This document shows, piece after piece, positions 26,556 through 36,784 of a DNA stretch of 64,000 bases (the stretch's first letter is position 1; every line of letters starts with the position of its first letter). Below the pieces are notes generated by a model, which was not told the origin of the DNA, ran no database searches, and worked only from the letters and a program-made list of their open reading frames with translations. The position numbers and the translations under genes were made by a program. This stretch comes from Candidatus Thorarchaeota archaeon (GTDB lineage Archaea; Asgardarchaeota; Thorarchaeia; Thorarchaeales; Thorarchaeaceae). The stretch covers positions 32,001 to 96,000 of the forward strand of contig JAWOEX010000039.1 in assembly GCA_046482545.1 (NCBI GenBank). Reading direction: 5' to 3'.

Positions 26556-26840
26556 GTGATAAGGATGAAAAGGAGAGCTCACGTTTTCATCAGCGGAAGA
26601 GTACAGGGTGTTTTCTTTAGGGCCACTACGAAACGAAAAGCTCGGAGGAGAGGAGTCAATGGTTGGGTTAAGAACCTACGAGATGGCCGTGTAGAGGCGG
26701 TTTTTGAGGGCGAAGAAGAAAAAGTCAAAGAGATGATACAGTTCTGCCATCACGGGCCTCGTTCGGCTAGAGTTGAGAATGTTGAAGTAAGCTGGGAGGA
26801 TTACACCGGCGTCTTTGAAAACTTCTCAATACGATACTGA
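26556..26840 (+). CDS. acyP: Acylphosphatase
   Basis: [21 protein letters not shown]. Confidence 0.95.
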   Translation: MIRMKRRAHVFISGRVQGVFFRATTKRKARRRGVNGWVKNLRDGRVEAVFEGEEEKVKEMIQFCHHGPRSARVENVEVSWEDYTGVFENFSIRY

Positions 26841-27049
26841 TAGAGAATCAAATTGTAAGAATCAGAGATAGGTATATCCCGTTCCTCAAGAAAACCACTC
26901 GCTTGCGATGGAGCCATCTAATTCTTCTTGATACTTTCCGCAACGAGGGGAACACAAAGATGATTGTTATTAGCCAGTATTCTAAGACAGAGTTGGCAAA
27001 GATATCATTGAAGAGGCATTGAACATCTTGCAGGGGGAAGGGATGCAAT

Positions 27050-27739
27050 TCAGGACCAAATACGCCCTTCTACTCTTTCTATATCTTCATCTTCCAGCCC
27101 GTCAACACCATCCAACATATCCTTTGGAATTCCCCAGATTTCATCAGCCTTGCAATCAAAATGATGCCACTTGTACGTAAGGTGATCTTGGAAGTATCCC
27201 GGTTCGCCAAGCCTAAGTCGGCCTTTCTCTATATTTGACCCACATGTTCGACATTTAGATCTGCTGCTCTTCGCAGGCTCGACTTTCCAGACCTCAGATG
27301 GCGTAAATCTAGTCTCTGGTTGTTGTCCCAATGTTTGAAGAAAGCGTTCAACATTTTTTCCTACTTCCTGAGGCGTCAATCGAATGGAGAAGGAATCATA
27401 TTGTGATGGACTATATCTGAGCTTGGCATTGCCATTCTTGTATATCTGTTCGATAGTGGTATTTGGCGGCATCTTACCTCTGTCTTTCATGAACTGCAGG
27501 AGAAGTTTAGCAACATATTCGGTAGCTTGTGTTTTTCCCGGAAGATAGTGAAGACCTGATTCCTTGGCAATAGCATAGTAAGTAGATATCCAGCTCTGGC
27601 CTGTCTCCTCATCTTCTTCTTTTTCTTTCTCCATTATCAAGGCACCGACAGGCACACGCCTCTTAACGCGTTGCATCTCGAGCGTGGTTTTGCTTATGAA
27701 ATATGCCCAATCCAGTTCAGCTTCAGTCCATTTTGGCAT
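27050..27739 (-). CDS. Protein with C-terminal PARP-type zinc finger (probable start ATG 27739)
   Basis: VEPAKSSRSKCRTC...IEKGRLRLG...WHHFDC. Confidence 0.8.
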   Translation of the reverse strand: MPKWTEAELDWAYFISKTTLEMQRVKRRVPVGALIMEKEKEEDEETGQSWISTYYAIAKESGLHYLPGKTQATEYVAKLLLQFMKDRGKMPPNTTIEQIYKNGNAKLRYSPSQYDSFSIRLTPQEVGKNVERFLQTLGQQPETRFTPSEVWKVEPAKSSRSKCRTCGSNIEKGRLRLGEPGYFQDHLTYKWHHFDCKADEIWGIPKDMLDGVDGLEDEDIERVEGRIWS

Positions 27740-27824
27740 ACTTCTATGCACCTCATTATTATCAACGCGCTTGGAATATTTAAAGTACATAGGTGTAAAA
27801 GGTCCTAGTCGTTAGGAATCCGTT

Positions 27825-28709
27825 CTACAAGCCTAGTCGGTGCAATTCCTTTTCAAATAGGTTTAACCTTTGCTCCAAGTCTATTCGTTCCCTAGCGAAT
27901 ACTGCAGGATCGATTTTCCCTTCTCTCATTTGCGTATCCAGAGCACTAAGTTCTTGCTTAATTTCACTGACCCGTTCCTGCACAACATCAATACGAGAAA
28001 CAGCATGGCTCTCCTGATCCGATGTAGGCCTTTGCGCGGAAACAATTTGCCCATCTTGAATTCTTAGGATACGATCACACTGCCTAGCCTGACTGGGGTC
28101 GTGCGTTACCATTAAGACGGTCTTTCCGAGTTCCTTGTTCACGGTATGAAGATGATCAATTACAACTGCACCTGTTCCCGTATCCAAGTCACCCGTGGGC
28201 TCATCTGCAAGGAGAACCTGTGGGTCATTTGCTAGCGCAGCGGCAATTGCAACCCTCTGCCTTTGTCCACCAGAAAGCTCGTCGGGTTTGTGCTTCATTC
28301 GTTCCCCCAGGCCCATGATGGATAACAGATGAGTCGCGCGCTCCTTCCGATGTTTTGAAGACCTATTTGCGGCAAGCATCGGTAGTTCGACATTTTCATA
28401 GGCAGTTAGAGTTGGAATGAGATTGAGTTCTTGGAATATGTGTCCGACAACATCCCTTCTTAGCCTACCCAAATCTCCAGGGCTTGAGTTGGTGACATCA
28501 TGGCCAGCAACTATCGTCTGCCCTGCAGTAGCTCTCGTTATACCGCCAAGTATGTTCAGCAGGGTGGTCTTTCCTGAACCACTCGCACCGACAATGGCCA
28601 CCATCTCTCCTTCGTCAACCTTCATCGACAAACCTCTCAGGGCTTGTACCTCGACCTCTCCAACCCTATAGACTTTCACAAGGTCTTTAGCTTCAATGTA
28701 CGACTTCAT
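27825..28709 (-). CDS. ABC ATPase, LolD/MacB type, with C-terminal helical extension
   Basis: GASGSGKT, LSGGQRQR, LADEPTGDLD, VTHD. Confidence 0.95.
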   Translation of the reverse strand: MKSYIEAKDLVKVYRVGEVEVQALRGLSMKVDEGEMVAIVGASGSGKTTLLNILGGITRATAGQTIVAGHDVTNSSPGDLGRLRRDVVGHIFQELNLIPTLTAYENVELPMLAANRSSKHRKERATHLLSIMGLGERMKHKPDELSGGQRQRVAIAAALANDPQVLLADEPTGDLDTGTGAVVIDHLHTVNKELGKTVLMVTHDPSQARQCDRILRIQDGQIVSAQRPTSDQESHAVSRIDVVQERVSEIKQELSALDTQMREGKIDPAVFARERIDLEQRLNLFEKELHRLGL

Positions 28710-28715
28710 TTTTTG

Positions 28716-31499
28716 TCACCTAAGAACATCTACCTTTGCTTCAGGTTTCCTTGACTCCCAATATACAGGCAGTGCCGCAGCCAATATCACAGCAAGTACT
28801 ATCAATATCATGTACAACCCTGCTAATCCTCCAAGCACGACTCTCGGTTGTATTAATCCACTAATGTTTTGAGACTGAAGATTCGTATTTCCAAATATCT
28901 GAATCACACCTACAGCAGATCCAAGGAGAAGTGAGAATCCAACCATCACCATGACTTCTGCGAATAAAGTCTTGAATAACTGCCATTTGCTGAATCCTCT
29001 CACAGTGAGAAGAGCTATTTCTGATTCCTTCTCTCGGAGCGTAAGTATGATGACCAAACCTGTTCCAACTACTGCAAGTATCACGGCAAAAACAACCGCA
29101 ACCCATTGAATCTTCGTCGTTCCACTTTCGATTGGTTGCTCATAATGATTCTTGATCTCAGATGTGTATGAGTAGCTTCGATAGATACTTTCTGGAAAAT
29201 AAGACATGAACTCCTCCTGCAACTTCGTTCCGTTGGTTGTGGCCGGATTGTCTATCAGGATGTTGGCAGTAGCAGCATCAACTAATCCAGTATCATTGAG
29301 GAACGAATAAGAAACATACGATGGATAAGAGCCCGCCGCTGAGACAGCAAAATCCTCCACGTATCTCTCTAGGAATGACTGGTATCCAATTAAACCGACA
29401 ATCCTTAACCTATGCGAGGAAGAGCTCAAAGGCCCCTTCACGTAGATGTCATCGCCAACCTCCAGACCTAGAACATCTGCCATTCTAACGGAGAGAATGA
29501 TACCGTCACCCCTTTCGAGCTCGGACATTACATCCTTTACATCCCCGATGAACCATTGAGATTCATAGAACGCGGTTTCCAGCCATTCTTGGGGTTTTAT
29601 TCCCCGTGTGGAGATATCTCGCTCTCCAGAAGTCAAACTAAGCCGATACTCGGGTGTCGCTGAAAGAACGCCTTCTTCAGCTGTTATATTTTCGAGTATG
29701 CCCCCAGTATTGACCCCATCTTTAAGCTCCAAGCGAATATCCGCACCCACATCATACTTTGCCTCCCTATCAACCCGATCATATTCGGAGAAAAGACTAC
29801 CTATGGAGAATACACCGTATGAGACAATGAGAGAAACAATGAAAACGAGAGCGGCATTTCTTGCAGGATTTCGCTTCACATTCCGAGTTGCTATCTTTCC
29901 AAATGCTCCAAAGAATCGTTTTCCAGCATTTACAACGGTTTCTTGAAACTTGGTCGATCCACGCATGAATATCTTGGTTGCACCATACAAGAAGAACAGG
30001 GGGCCTAGAGTGTTTAGAACTCCATCAACAGCAAGCCAAGCTATGATGGCAATAGCCAGTATCCAGTTGCCCGGACTCAAGCCTGTAAGAAGAACGTTCA
30101 TATCGATACCGAGTAACCAGACAATTATCTTGTAAGTACCGAGCACAAACGTGATTGTAGGGAGGAGTCGCTTGTATTCGGAGGTTTCTTCAACATACAC
30201 GTAATGCTTGAGAGCATCGAGGAGCTCCAATCTAGACGCCCTGTTAGCAGGTCTCCAGACTGATATCAGAGCGAGAACCATGCCGAGGATAACCGATATT
30301 ACTATGGATATGGGGTTGTTTGTTATCACGGATAGGTAGCTCATTCCAGATGGTGCTATAACGAAGAATGATATCGCTGTTCCAAGGAATGTCGACACAG
30401 CGCCGGCGAGTGCCCCAACTACAACGCCTTCAATCAGAAACATATTCCGAATAGTTCCTCTTTTGTAGCCCTTCGTGAGGAGAAGTCCGATTTCCCGTCT
30501 CCGAAGATTGTAGCCCACATCGCTCACCATAGTTCCGGTGAAATAGGCCATGAAGAAAATGGGCAGAGAAAGGCCCATGAAAGTGATATTCATCATCAAG
30601 GATATCATTAGGTACATCTGTAAAGGCAAAGTCAGACGCGAATCAACAGTTGCACCAAAGCGTTCTATCCGGGATAAGAGTGCTTGGCGCGTATCTTGAA
30701 CCCTGGTAATCGATGCATCGATGTTGTATGGATCAATAAGTGTATCCCTGTCGATTCTGCAATGTATGCTATTGAGAACGCCATATAAGGTCGAATTGTT
30801 GACAGTTGAACATGCATCCAACACTGGGGCCATAGTCAAATCCCAATCTGCAACGAATGCGTTATACACGAAGGGCTGTCCAAGGCCATATGCTTCAAGA
30901 AGCAGGTTCATATTCAATCTCTGAGTAAGCGCGTAAAGATGGTCCTCTGAAACAGAAACATAGCCTGCTACTGTCATATTCCAGTTGATTGTCTTTTCGT
31001 AAGGTGGAGTAGATAGCTGAACCGATATCGGAACGGTAATTTCCTGCCCAATCTCAAAGAGAGATTCGTTTTGTGAGCCTTGAATGACATATGTTTCATT
31101 AGGTCCCAAGGATGTCGCCCCTGAAACTACTTGGATTCCCTGAGCCATGTTGCTATCCCATTCGAGTCCATAGACCTGAAACTGAGTTCCCGAATTATTG
31201 TAATCCCAAGAGATTTCAGTCGTTCTTGTATGTGAAACGATGTGTGAGACTGCTGATATTTCCGCCTCCACCTTCTCAAAGGTGTCAGCAGTCCAGTTGG
31301 AGCCTTGTCGATCGTTAGCGACAAAATCATAGACCACGCCTTCAATAGCACCATCTAACGCATCTCGTGCCAGGAGATCAGCTGATACATTAGTACTAGC
31401 AAAAAAGGTTGTAGCTACGAGGACACCGATTGTTAGAGCAACAAATAATCTATAGCTCCGTACTACTCGTTTGAGAGCATATTTGAACATGATGCCCAC
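28716..31499 (-). CDS. Large FtsX/MacB-like ABC permease (duplicated)
   Basis: RRREIGLLLTKG and RESEI-like (KESEIALLTVRG) FtsX motifs; two large extracellular loops. Confidence 0.9.
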   Translation of the reverse strand: MGIMFKYALKRVVRSYRLFVALTIGVLVATTFFASTNVSADLLARDALDGAIEGVVYDFVANDRQGSNWTADTFEKVEAEISAVSHIVSHTRTTEISWDYNNSGTQFQVYGLEWDSNMAQGIQVVSGATSLGPNETYVIQGSQNESLFEIGQEITVPISVQLSTPPYEKTINWNMTVAGYVSVSEDHLYALTQRLNMNLLLEAYGLGQPFVYNAFVADWDLTMAPVLDACSTVNNSTLYGVLNSIHCRIDRDTLIDPYNIDASITRVQDTRQALLSRIERFGATVDSRLTLPLQMYLMISLMMNITFMGLSLPIFFMAYFTGTMVSDVGYNLRRREIGLLLTKGYKRGTIRNMFLIEGVVVGALAGAVSTFLGTAISFFVIAPSGMSYLSVITNNPISIVISVILGMVLALISVWRPANRASRLELLDALKHYVYVEETSEYKRLLPTITFVLGTYKIIVWLLGIDMNVLLTGLSPGNWILAIAIIAWLAVDGVLNTLGPLFFLYGATKIFMRGSTKFQETVVNAGKRFFGAFGKIATRNVKRNPARNAALVFIVSLIVSYGVFSIGSLFSEYDRVDREAKYDVGADIRLELKDGVNTGGILENITAEEGVLSATPEYRLSLTSGERDISTRGIKPQEWLETAFYESQWFIGDVKDVMSELERGDGIILSVRMADVLGLEVGDDIYVKGPLSSSSHRLRIVGLIGYQSFLERYVEDFAVSAAGSYPSYVSYSFLNDTGLVDAATANILIDNPATTNGTKLQEEFMSYFPESIYRSYSYTSEIKNHYEQPIESGTTKIQWVAVVFAVILAVVGTGLVIILTLREKESEIALLTVRGFSKWQLFKTLFAEVMVMVGFSLLLGSAVGVIQIFGNTNLQSQNISGLIQPRVVLGGLAGLYMILIVLAVILAAALPVYWESRKPEAKVDVLR

Positions 31500-31593
31500 G
31501 CTATTAACTCAGCTGAGGACAGAGAGAAATAAAAAGTCAACGTATAAAGCATCTATCGATTCTAGATTCCCGCCTGAGTTTCTACTGGAATCC

Positions 31594-32145
31594 TTAGGTA
31601 CCCGACATTCTTCGATCATAGAAACATGCCAGTAGAATGACTATGACGGCTACTACAGAACTCGATAGAACAACAGGCAAAAATGTGATGTGGGGGTCGA
31701 CTTGAGTAGTAGTAAGAATCCTCAGATCAATAGAACGCGAATAGCTTGTGGCTGAGTTGTTTGCCTTGTCGAAAGCCTGTATGAACAAGTTGTATGTCCT
31801 GTTCATTTGCAGAGCCGGGATTTCAGAGATGTAAAGTGAACCATTGAAACCCAGCGGATGTTTGATTCTGTCAGCTGATGACGGGTTCACAACCAATGAC
31901 ACATTTCTAACACCAGAATCTCTATCAGACACTTCGGCCCATGCTTCGAAATCCTCACCTCTTTTTGCTTCCAGACTGAAGTTCCAACTGGAAATCTCAG
32001 GTCTTACGGTATCCTGTGTTAGAACAAGAGACTTCTCTCCTTTGCTTGATTTTACTCCATCTAGGATGGGGAAAAAGAGATTCAACAACAATGCTGAAAG
32101 AAGAAAATAGCAAATCATGGTTGCGTCTCTGTTGCTTTTTGACAT
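31594..32145 (-). CDS. Small membrane-anchored protein with an Ig-like domain
   Basis: N- and C-terminal hydrophobic helices; DxxSGVRNV and AFDKANN motifs. Confidence 0.7.
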   Translation of the reverse strand: MSKSNRDATMICYFLLSALLLNLFFPILDGVKSSKGEKSLVLTQDTVRPEISSWNFSLEAKRGEDFEAWAEVSDRDSGVRNVSLVVNPSSADRIKHPLGFNGSLYISEIPALQMNRTYNLFIQAFDKANNSATSYSRSIDLRILTTTQVDPHITFLPVVLSSSVVAVIVILLACFYDRRMSGT

Positions 32146-32232
32146 CTGAATCACAGTTTCGTAGTTAATCATTGCTTTTTAGAAAATGCTTCTACGCATG
32201 AGTTCATCGATTTCTTCAAAGAACTAGAAGGT

Positions 32233-32382
32233 GGGCACAGCGGTGGTAAGCAACCGGCGTTGCCGCGCCACCACCTAATTTGTTTTGCACGCCGCGTTCC
32301 AGGAAACCTATTCTTAGGCTCCTGCAAGACTCTAGCCGCACGCCAGAGCGAGAGTCGGCTCACGTTATAGCCCGCTGTGCCC
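32233..32382 (-). ncRNA. Unclassified structured RNA candidate (150 nt)
   Basis: Perfect 11-bp terminal inverted repeat GGGCACAGCGG/CCGCTGTGCCC, 61% GC (91/150), several internal hairpins with G-U pairs favouring the minus strand. Confidence 0.6.
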
Positions 32383-32588
32383 TTTATACTCGTATAGACG
32401 ATAGCACAATTTGCAGTTAAATTCTTGGGTACACGCGCATAAGTACCCCGTGAATGATTGCAAGCATAGAAGCGTAAAGTATGCGTTATCAGCGACTTCT
32501 TGAACGTCAAATCCGTAAGTATACGACATGACTACCTGAATCCCGGACAACAGAGTTGCAGCATCAGAAATGATGGTAATCCTGATTC

Positions 32589-35243
32589 CTATCTCATGGG
32601 TAAGACAATTTGGAACGTGGCGCCTGTGCTCGGTGGAGTATCAACCAATTCCATTGAACCCCCCAGTCCCTCCACTATCTGTTTAGACAGATAAAGGCCC
32701 ATTCCTCCACCTCTAGTCGAAGTTCCTCTTTCAAAAAGCTTGTCTCGGATTTCTTGTGCAACCCCGGGCCCGTTATCAGAGACCAAAGCCTCTACCATTC
32801 CATTTTTTTCAGAAATCCTTACTCTAATTGTTGGATTCTCTTCGAGGAAAGCCAGACTATTTCTAAAGAGATTCTCAAAGACCATTGGTAGAAGACGGCT
32901 TGCAGGTATTCTTGCTTCTCTAGCATTTGGTCCTACATCAATATCCATGGTGAGTCCTGGCTCTTCTTTTGTAGTTTGGGCAGCAATCGCATCAATGAGA
33001 TTGTATAAGTTTGTTTCTACTGATTCCGCGGGACTACTCAAAGTGGTCAGCAGGCTATTCATTCGCTCGCAAACAGCGTCAGCTGATGAAATAGTCTTCT
33101 TGACCGCTTCATCACTATCCGTCAATAGCATCCTCAGAATATCAAAATTTCCTAGTATTGCACTAAGATCGTTCTTCAGATCATGATGCAAAAGTGAAGC
33201 ATATAACTCAAGATCGCGCTGCTGTTCATCCCTCCTTTGCTGGGTACGTCGATGCTTTATGTGGTCACCAATTTGTAAAGCCATCGCAGATAGGAGATTA
33301 ATCTCTTCAGCTAAGAATGGTCCATGATCTGATTCAGACCTCATCTCCAGATAACAAACCTCGAGAAGCCCTATTCTTTCTCCTTTGCACCAAATATCCT
33401 CGGTCAATGTCCATTCAGTTTTTTCGAAATTGGACGTAGTGTATTCATTTCCTTCAATTATGATTCGGACACATGCTACACTCGGATATTGAAAAGCATC
33501 TCTTACAACTTGAGTAACAGATTGCATTGCTTCGGAAAGGGGAATGTCAATCTTATTTGAAAGATTTGCCATTGCATATAACGCCTTCATCTCCTTCATA
33601 CGTTCACGAAGCTCATGTGTTGTTTCTCTAAGCACACGTTCGGCTTCCCTTCTCTCAGTAACATCAACAAAAACACCTATCGATCCATTAGTATTTCCAG
33701 CAGCATCGAGCCTAGGAGCTGCCGTCAGATGAACATCCCTCTTCTCGCCGCTCGAATGAATAATCTGAATCTCATAAGAGGATTCAACGCCTTTTCCCCT
33801 TCTTCGGGTTCCCGCAGAAATCCGGGCTGTATATTCAGGAGCTACGTAATCCAGTAGCGAGGTTCCAACGAGTTGTTCTGGGTCATATCCAAATATCTCT
33901 CCCAAGGCCTCATTGGCTAGCTCAATTCGTTCATCCAAGCCCGCAATCGCGACACCTTCAGGTAGCACTTCAATCAAACGCCGATATCGTTCCTTGCTGG
34001 CACGCAGTGCCTCCTCTATACTCTTTTGGGCAGAGATATCAACAAAGCTTTCAAGAAGGTATTCGTGTTCCCTTAGAGTAATACGAGTAACTGTCTTCAG
34101 AATTGGTATTCTCCGTCCATCTTTAGTTCGACATACCCGTTCAGAATTGTCCATAGTTTGACCCAAATCAGTAATTGGGCATTCATTCTCTTGAGCCACA
34201 CATAAGCAATTGGTGCATAGTTCGCCCTCGAGTTCGTCCTTACTGTAACCAGTAATATCAGATACAGCAGAGTTGATTTTGATAATCCGTTTGGTTAGAG
34301 GATCGACCAACACCAATCCCGCTGAAATTGATTCAAGTATCTTTCTAAGTTGTTTCTCACTTTCTTTGAGCTTCTTTTCTGCCCTCTTTCTGGCTGTGAT
34401 ATCTATTGATATCCCTACAACTCCAGTAACATTGCCCTGTTCGTCCTGAAATGGAATTTTGCTTGTACTAACCCACCGCTTTTCGCCCTCTACTGTCCAT
34501 GGCTCCACCACGTTTAGCTTCGGTTCCCCGCTTTCAATCACCTCTAAATCATCCTGAAGATACGAATCGGCTTGCTCTTCAGGATATAGGTCAAAGGTGG
34601 ACATACCTTGAAGATTTTCTTTTGACATCCCATGGGCTTCAGCAAGATATTCATTTACACGAATAAACCGCCCCCGTTTATCCTTGTAATAGACAAGAGC
34701 AGGGATGGCATCAAGGATTCTCTCAAATTCATGACTAAGCTCTCTATACTCGTTCTCAGATTGTCGCAGTCTCATTTCGAGTTCTTTCTGCTGAGATATA
34801 TCTAACAACTGTATAAGATATCCTATTTCTTCACCTGTTCGTGGAGATGTCAGGAGAGCCATTCCAGTCTCTACAAAGGCGACATCTGTTCTCGTAGTTG
34901 GGTAAAGTCCAAGAGCTCTAACTTTTTGAAAATCGATTTCAGATTGGTATCGGATGCTTTCTCCATTGCGCAATCGATCCTTCATGTCCTGAGACATGTT
35001 TGGATCTGAAAAGATGTTGAACCCCCGCAAATCTTTGAAAGAAGAAACTCCTGCAAATTCCATCAGGGCGTCGTTAGCAGCGATAATATTCCCATCCAAA
35101 TCAAAAACATTCGTCGGAATCGGAGTTCGTTTGAATACAGAGTGCAGCCATTCAAATTCTACGAGTTTTCCTTCTGAGTTCTCTGTGCTTGAATTCCTTG
35201 GTTTTGTGTCATTTTCATCGGAATTGGAGTTATCTTCACCCAT
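32589..35243 (-). CDS. Multi-PAS (+GAF-like) sensor histidine kinase (probable start ATG 35243)
   Basis: Four PAS domains; HHDLKN, ENLFRNS, DNGPG, GGGMGLYL. Confidence 0.92.
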   Translation of the reverse strand: MGEDNSNSDENDTKPRNSSTENSEGKLVEFEWLHSVFKRTPIPTNVFDLDGNIIAANDALMEFAGVSSFKDLRGFNIFSDPNMSQDMKDRLRNGESIRYQSEIDFQKVRALGLYPTTRTDVAFVETGMALLTSPRTGEEIGYLIQLLDISQQKELEMRLRQSENEYRELSHEFERILDAIPALVYYKDKRGRFIRVNEYLAEAHGMSKENLQGMSTFDLYPEEQADSYLQDDLEVIESGEPKLNVVEPWTVEGEKRWVSTSKIPFQDEQGNVTGVVGISIDITARKRAEKKLKESEKQLRKILESISAGLVLVDPLTKRIIKINSAVSDITGYSKDELEGELCTNCLCVAQENECPITDLGQTMDNSERVCRTKDGRRIPILKTVTRITLREHEYLLESFVDISAQKSIEEALRASKERYRRLIEVLPEGVAIAGLDERIELANEALGEIFGYDPEQLVGTSLLDYVAPEYTARISAGTRRRGKGVESSYEIQIIHSSGEKRDVHLTAAPRLDAAGNTNGSIGVFVDVTERREAERVLRETTHELRERMKEMKALYAMANLSNKIDIPLSEAMQSVTQVVRDAFQYPSVACVRIIIEGNEYTTSNFEKTEWTLTEDIWCKGERIGLLEVCYLEMRSESDHGPFLAEEINLLSAMALQIGDHIKHRRTQQRRDEQQRDLELYASLLHHDLKNDLSAILGNFDILRMLLTDSDEAVKKTISSADAVCERMNSLLTTLSSPAESVETNLYNLIDAIAAQTTKEEPGLTMDIDVGPNAREARIPASRLLPMVFENLFRNSLAFLEENPTIRVRISEKNGMVEALVSDNGPGVAQEIRDKLFERGTSTRGGGMGLYLSKQIVEGLGGSMELVDTPPSTGATFQIVLPMR

Positions 35244-35775
35244 GGTACAAAACCTCTCAATCGCTGCTTCAGCCAAGATTTCTCGGTTATGAAAGGAACT
35301 AATCTGGAACTAGATTATGGGAACATCCCATAAGGTTCTATCTATACAATATTGGCAGGTGGTAGGAACTCTAGGAACATCATTCATACAAGGCATGGCC
35401 CGAAGTGTACAGGCACAAAACCATAGAAAAAACCTTGTGTGGTCAGAGACCCTGTGCAAAAAGTCATACCAAGATAGCGGAGTGATTCATATTATTGTTC
35501 CTGATTGTCAATATCCGTGCGTGTGAATAGCCAATTGACAGCTCATTTGAGCTTCTCACAACAATTCCGCCTACTTTTTCCACAGAGCTTATTTTTTCTT
35601 TTCTTTGGTCTTGAAGACCGATTATGAGCATTCGTTATGGTCTCTCTGCCGCCCTGGCCATTTTGGAAAAGAAACACCGATGTAAGAGATTAATGTCGCG
35701 CTCTTGCGAACCGCTAAAGCACTTATCTCTAAAGATGTCAGTTGTTAGTAGACTATGAGTAGAAATTCAAAACAA

Positions 35776-36246
35776 TCACAGAAATCTTTCTTCCGCTTCC
35801 ACTGTAGCACAACAATAGGGACATTGGGCCTTTAGGGGTCCAACCCATTCAATGTTCTCCTCATTCAGATTAGCCCCACACTCTGGACATTTCAGAGGAA
35901 CTTGATACACAATTCTTTCTCCAGAAGATGTTTTCTTCCGGCCGACAAAATGTTCAGTACTTTCGGTGCTTGCTGAACCAAAAACAGAAGGCGCTTGCAT
36001 TGAATCACCAGTGTCGACCATAAGACTTGCTATACCCAAAAGCAATCCAAGTGTTCCAATGCCAATGGAAACAAACAAGAATATTACCGGTGCACCTATA
36101 TTGAAAGCAGTAATGCCGGCCCCGAGCCCCACAAGGAAGAAGAAAACGGAAAAGCAACCCGTAACAGTCTTCTCAGTTCCCGATCTACTCATCAGGAGCG
36201 CCTCCAACCCGGTTGATTCTTTTGCGGTAATATGAGTTTCGCTCAT
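35776..36246 (-). CDS. 2-TM protein with C-terminal zinc ribbon (same zinc-ribbon family as 25547-26332)
   Basis: CPEC...WVGP...CPYC. Confidence 0.8.
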   Translation of the reverse strand: MSETHITAKESTGLEALLMSRSGTEKTVTGCFSVFFFLVGLGAGITAFNIGAPVIFLFVSIGIGTLGLLLGIASLMVDTGDSMQAPSVFGSASTESTEHFVGRKKTSSGERIVYQVPLKCPECGANLNEENIEWVGPLKAQCPYCCATVEAEERFL

Positions 36247-36502
36247 GTTTCATCTTCAACCGCAAACTTGGTTATCATAGTCTGCCCAAGGTTCTTCTTT
36301 TGTTACCTGTATTTCACATCACTAAAGACTATGAAAAGAATAGCAGGATATTTTCGCACCTGCTGGTGCTCAAGACATCGCAAAATAGTTAATATTACCA
36401 ACTATCACGGATGCCGTATAGCGCCGGTCAACAACAGACAGAGACTACGTCAACGACATTACACAAAAATGCAGCAAAACCAATAATAGCCGAGTATTTG
36501 GT

Positions 36503-36548
36503 CCCCCCAAGACACAAGGAAGGCGACCGGCGCACCTTTTTTGGGAGG
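36503..36548 (-). terminator. Hairpin downstream of the amidohydrolase locus
   Basis: CCCCCCAA...TTGGGAGG imperfect inverted repeat. Confidence 0.4.
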
Positions 36549-36784
36549 TTTACTAGGCATTCACAGAGGAGTTTTCCAAAGCCCCGCTGAATGCAACTCG
36601 ATTTTCAATTGCTCCTTGATTGCTTATGGAAAAGAACAAGTCTTCTAGGGTATCTTCATCAATGGTACCTTCGCCAATTTCATCCGATCTCATTTGGGTC
36701 AAGACTCTGAAGAAGGCCGACAGTAGGTCCGATGGGTAATCAAATTTTATCCTGGTTGAATAGAGCTGCAACCCTGAGCAAGTC

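Noticed and set aside
32233-32382. Interpretation as 5S rRNA, tRNA-Sec, SRP RNA or RNase P RNA
   Set aside because: Diagnostic motifs (CCGAAC/AGUA, TTCRA loop and UCA anticodon arm, SRP helix 8, GAGGAAAGUCC) not found
32169-32510. 113-aa minus-strand ORF across the GC island
   Set aside because: TTG start, no protein-like motif; open because of high GC
35604-35620. Minus-strand GGTC-TTCAA-GACC hairpin with UCA in the loop (tRNA-Sec-like)
   Set aside because: No surrounding cloverleaf
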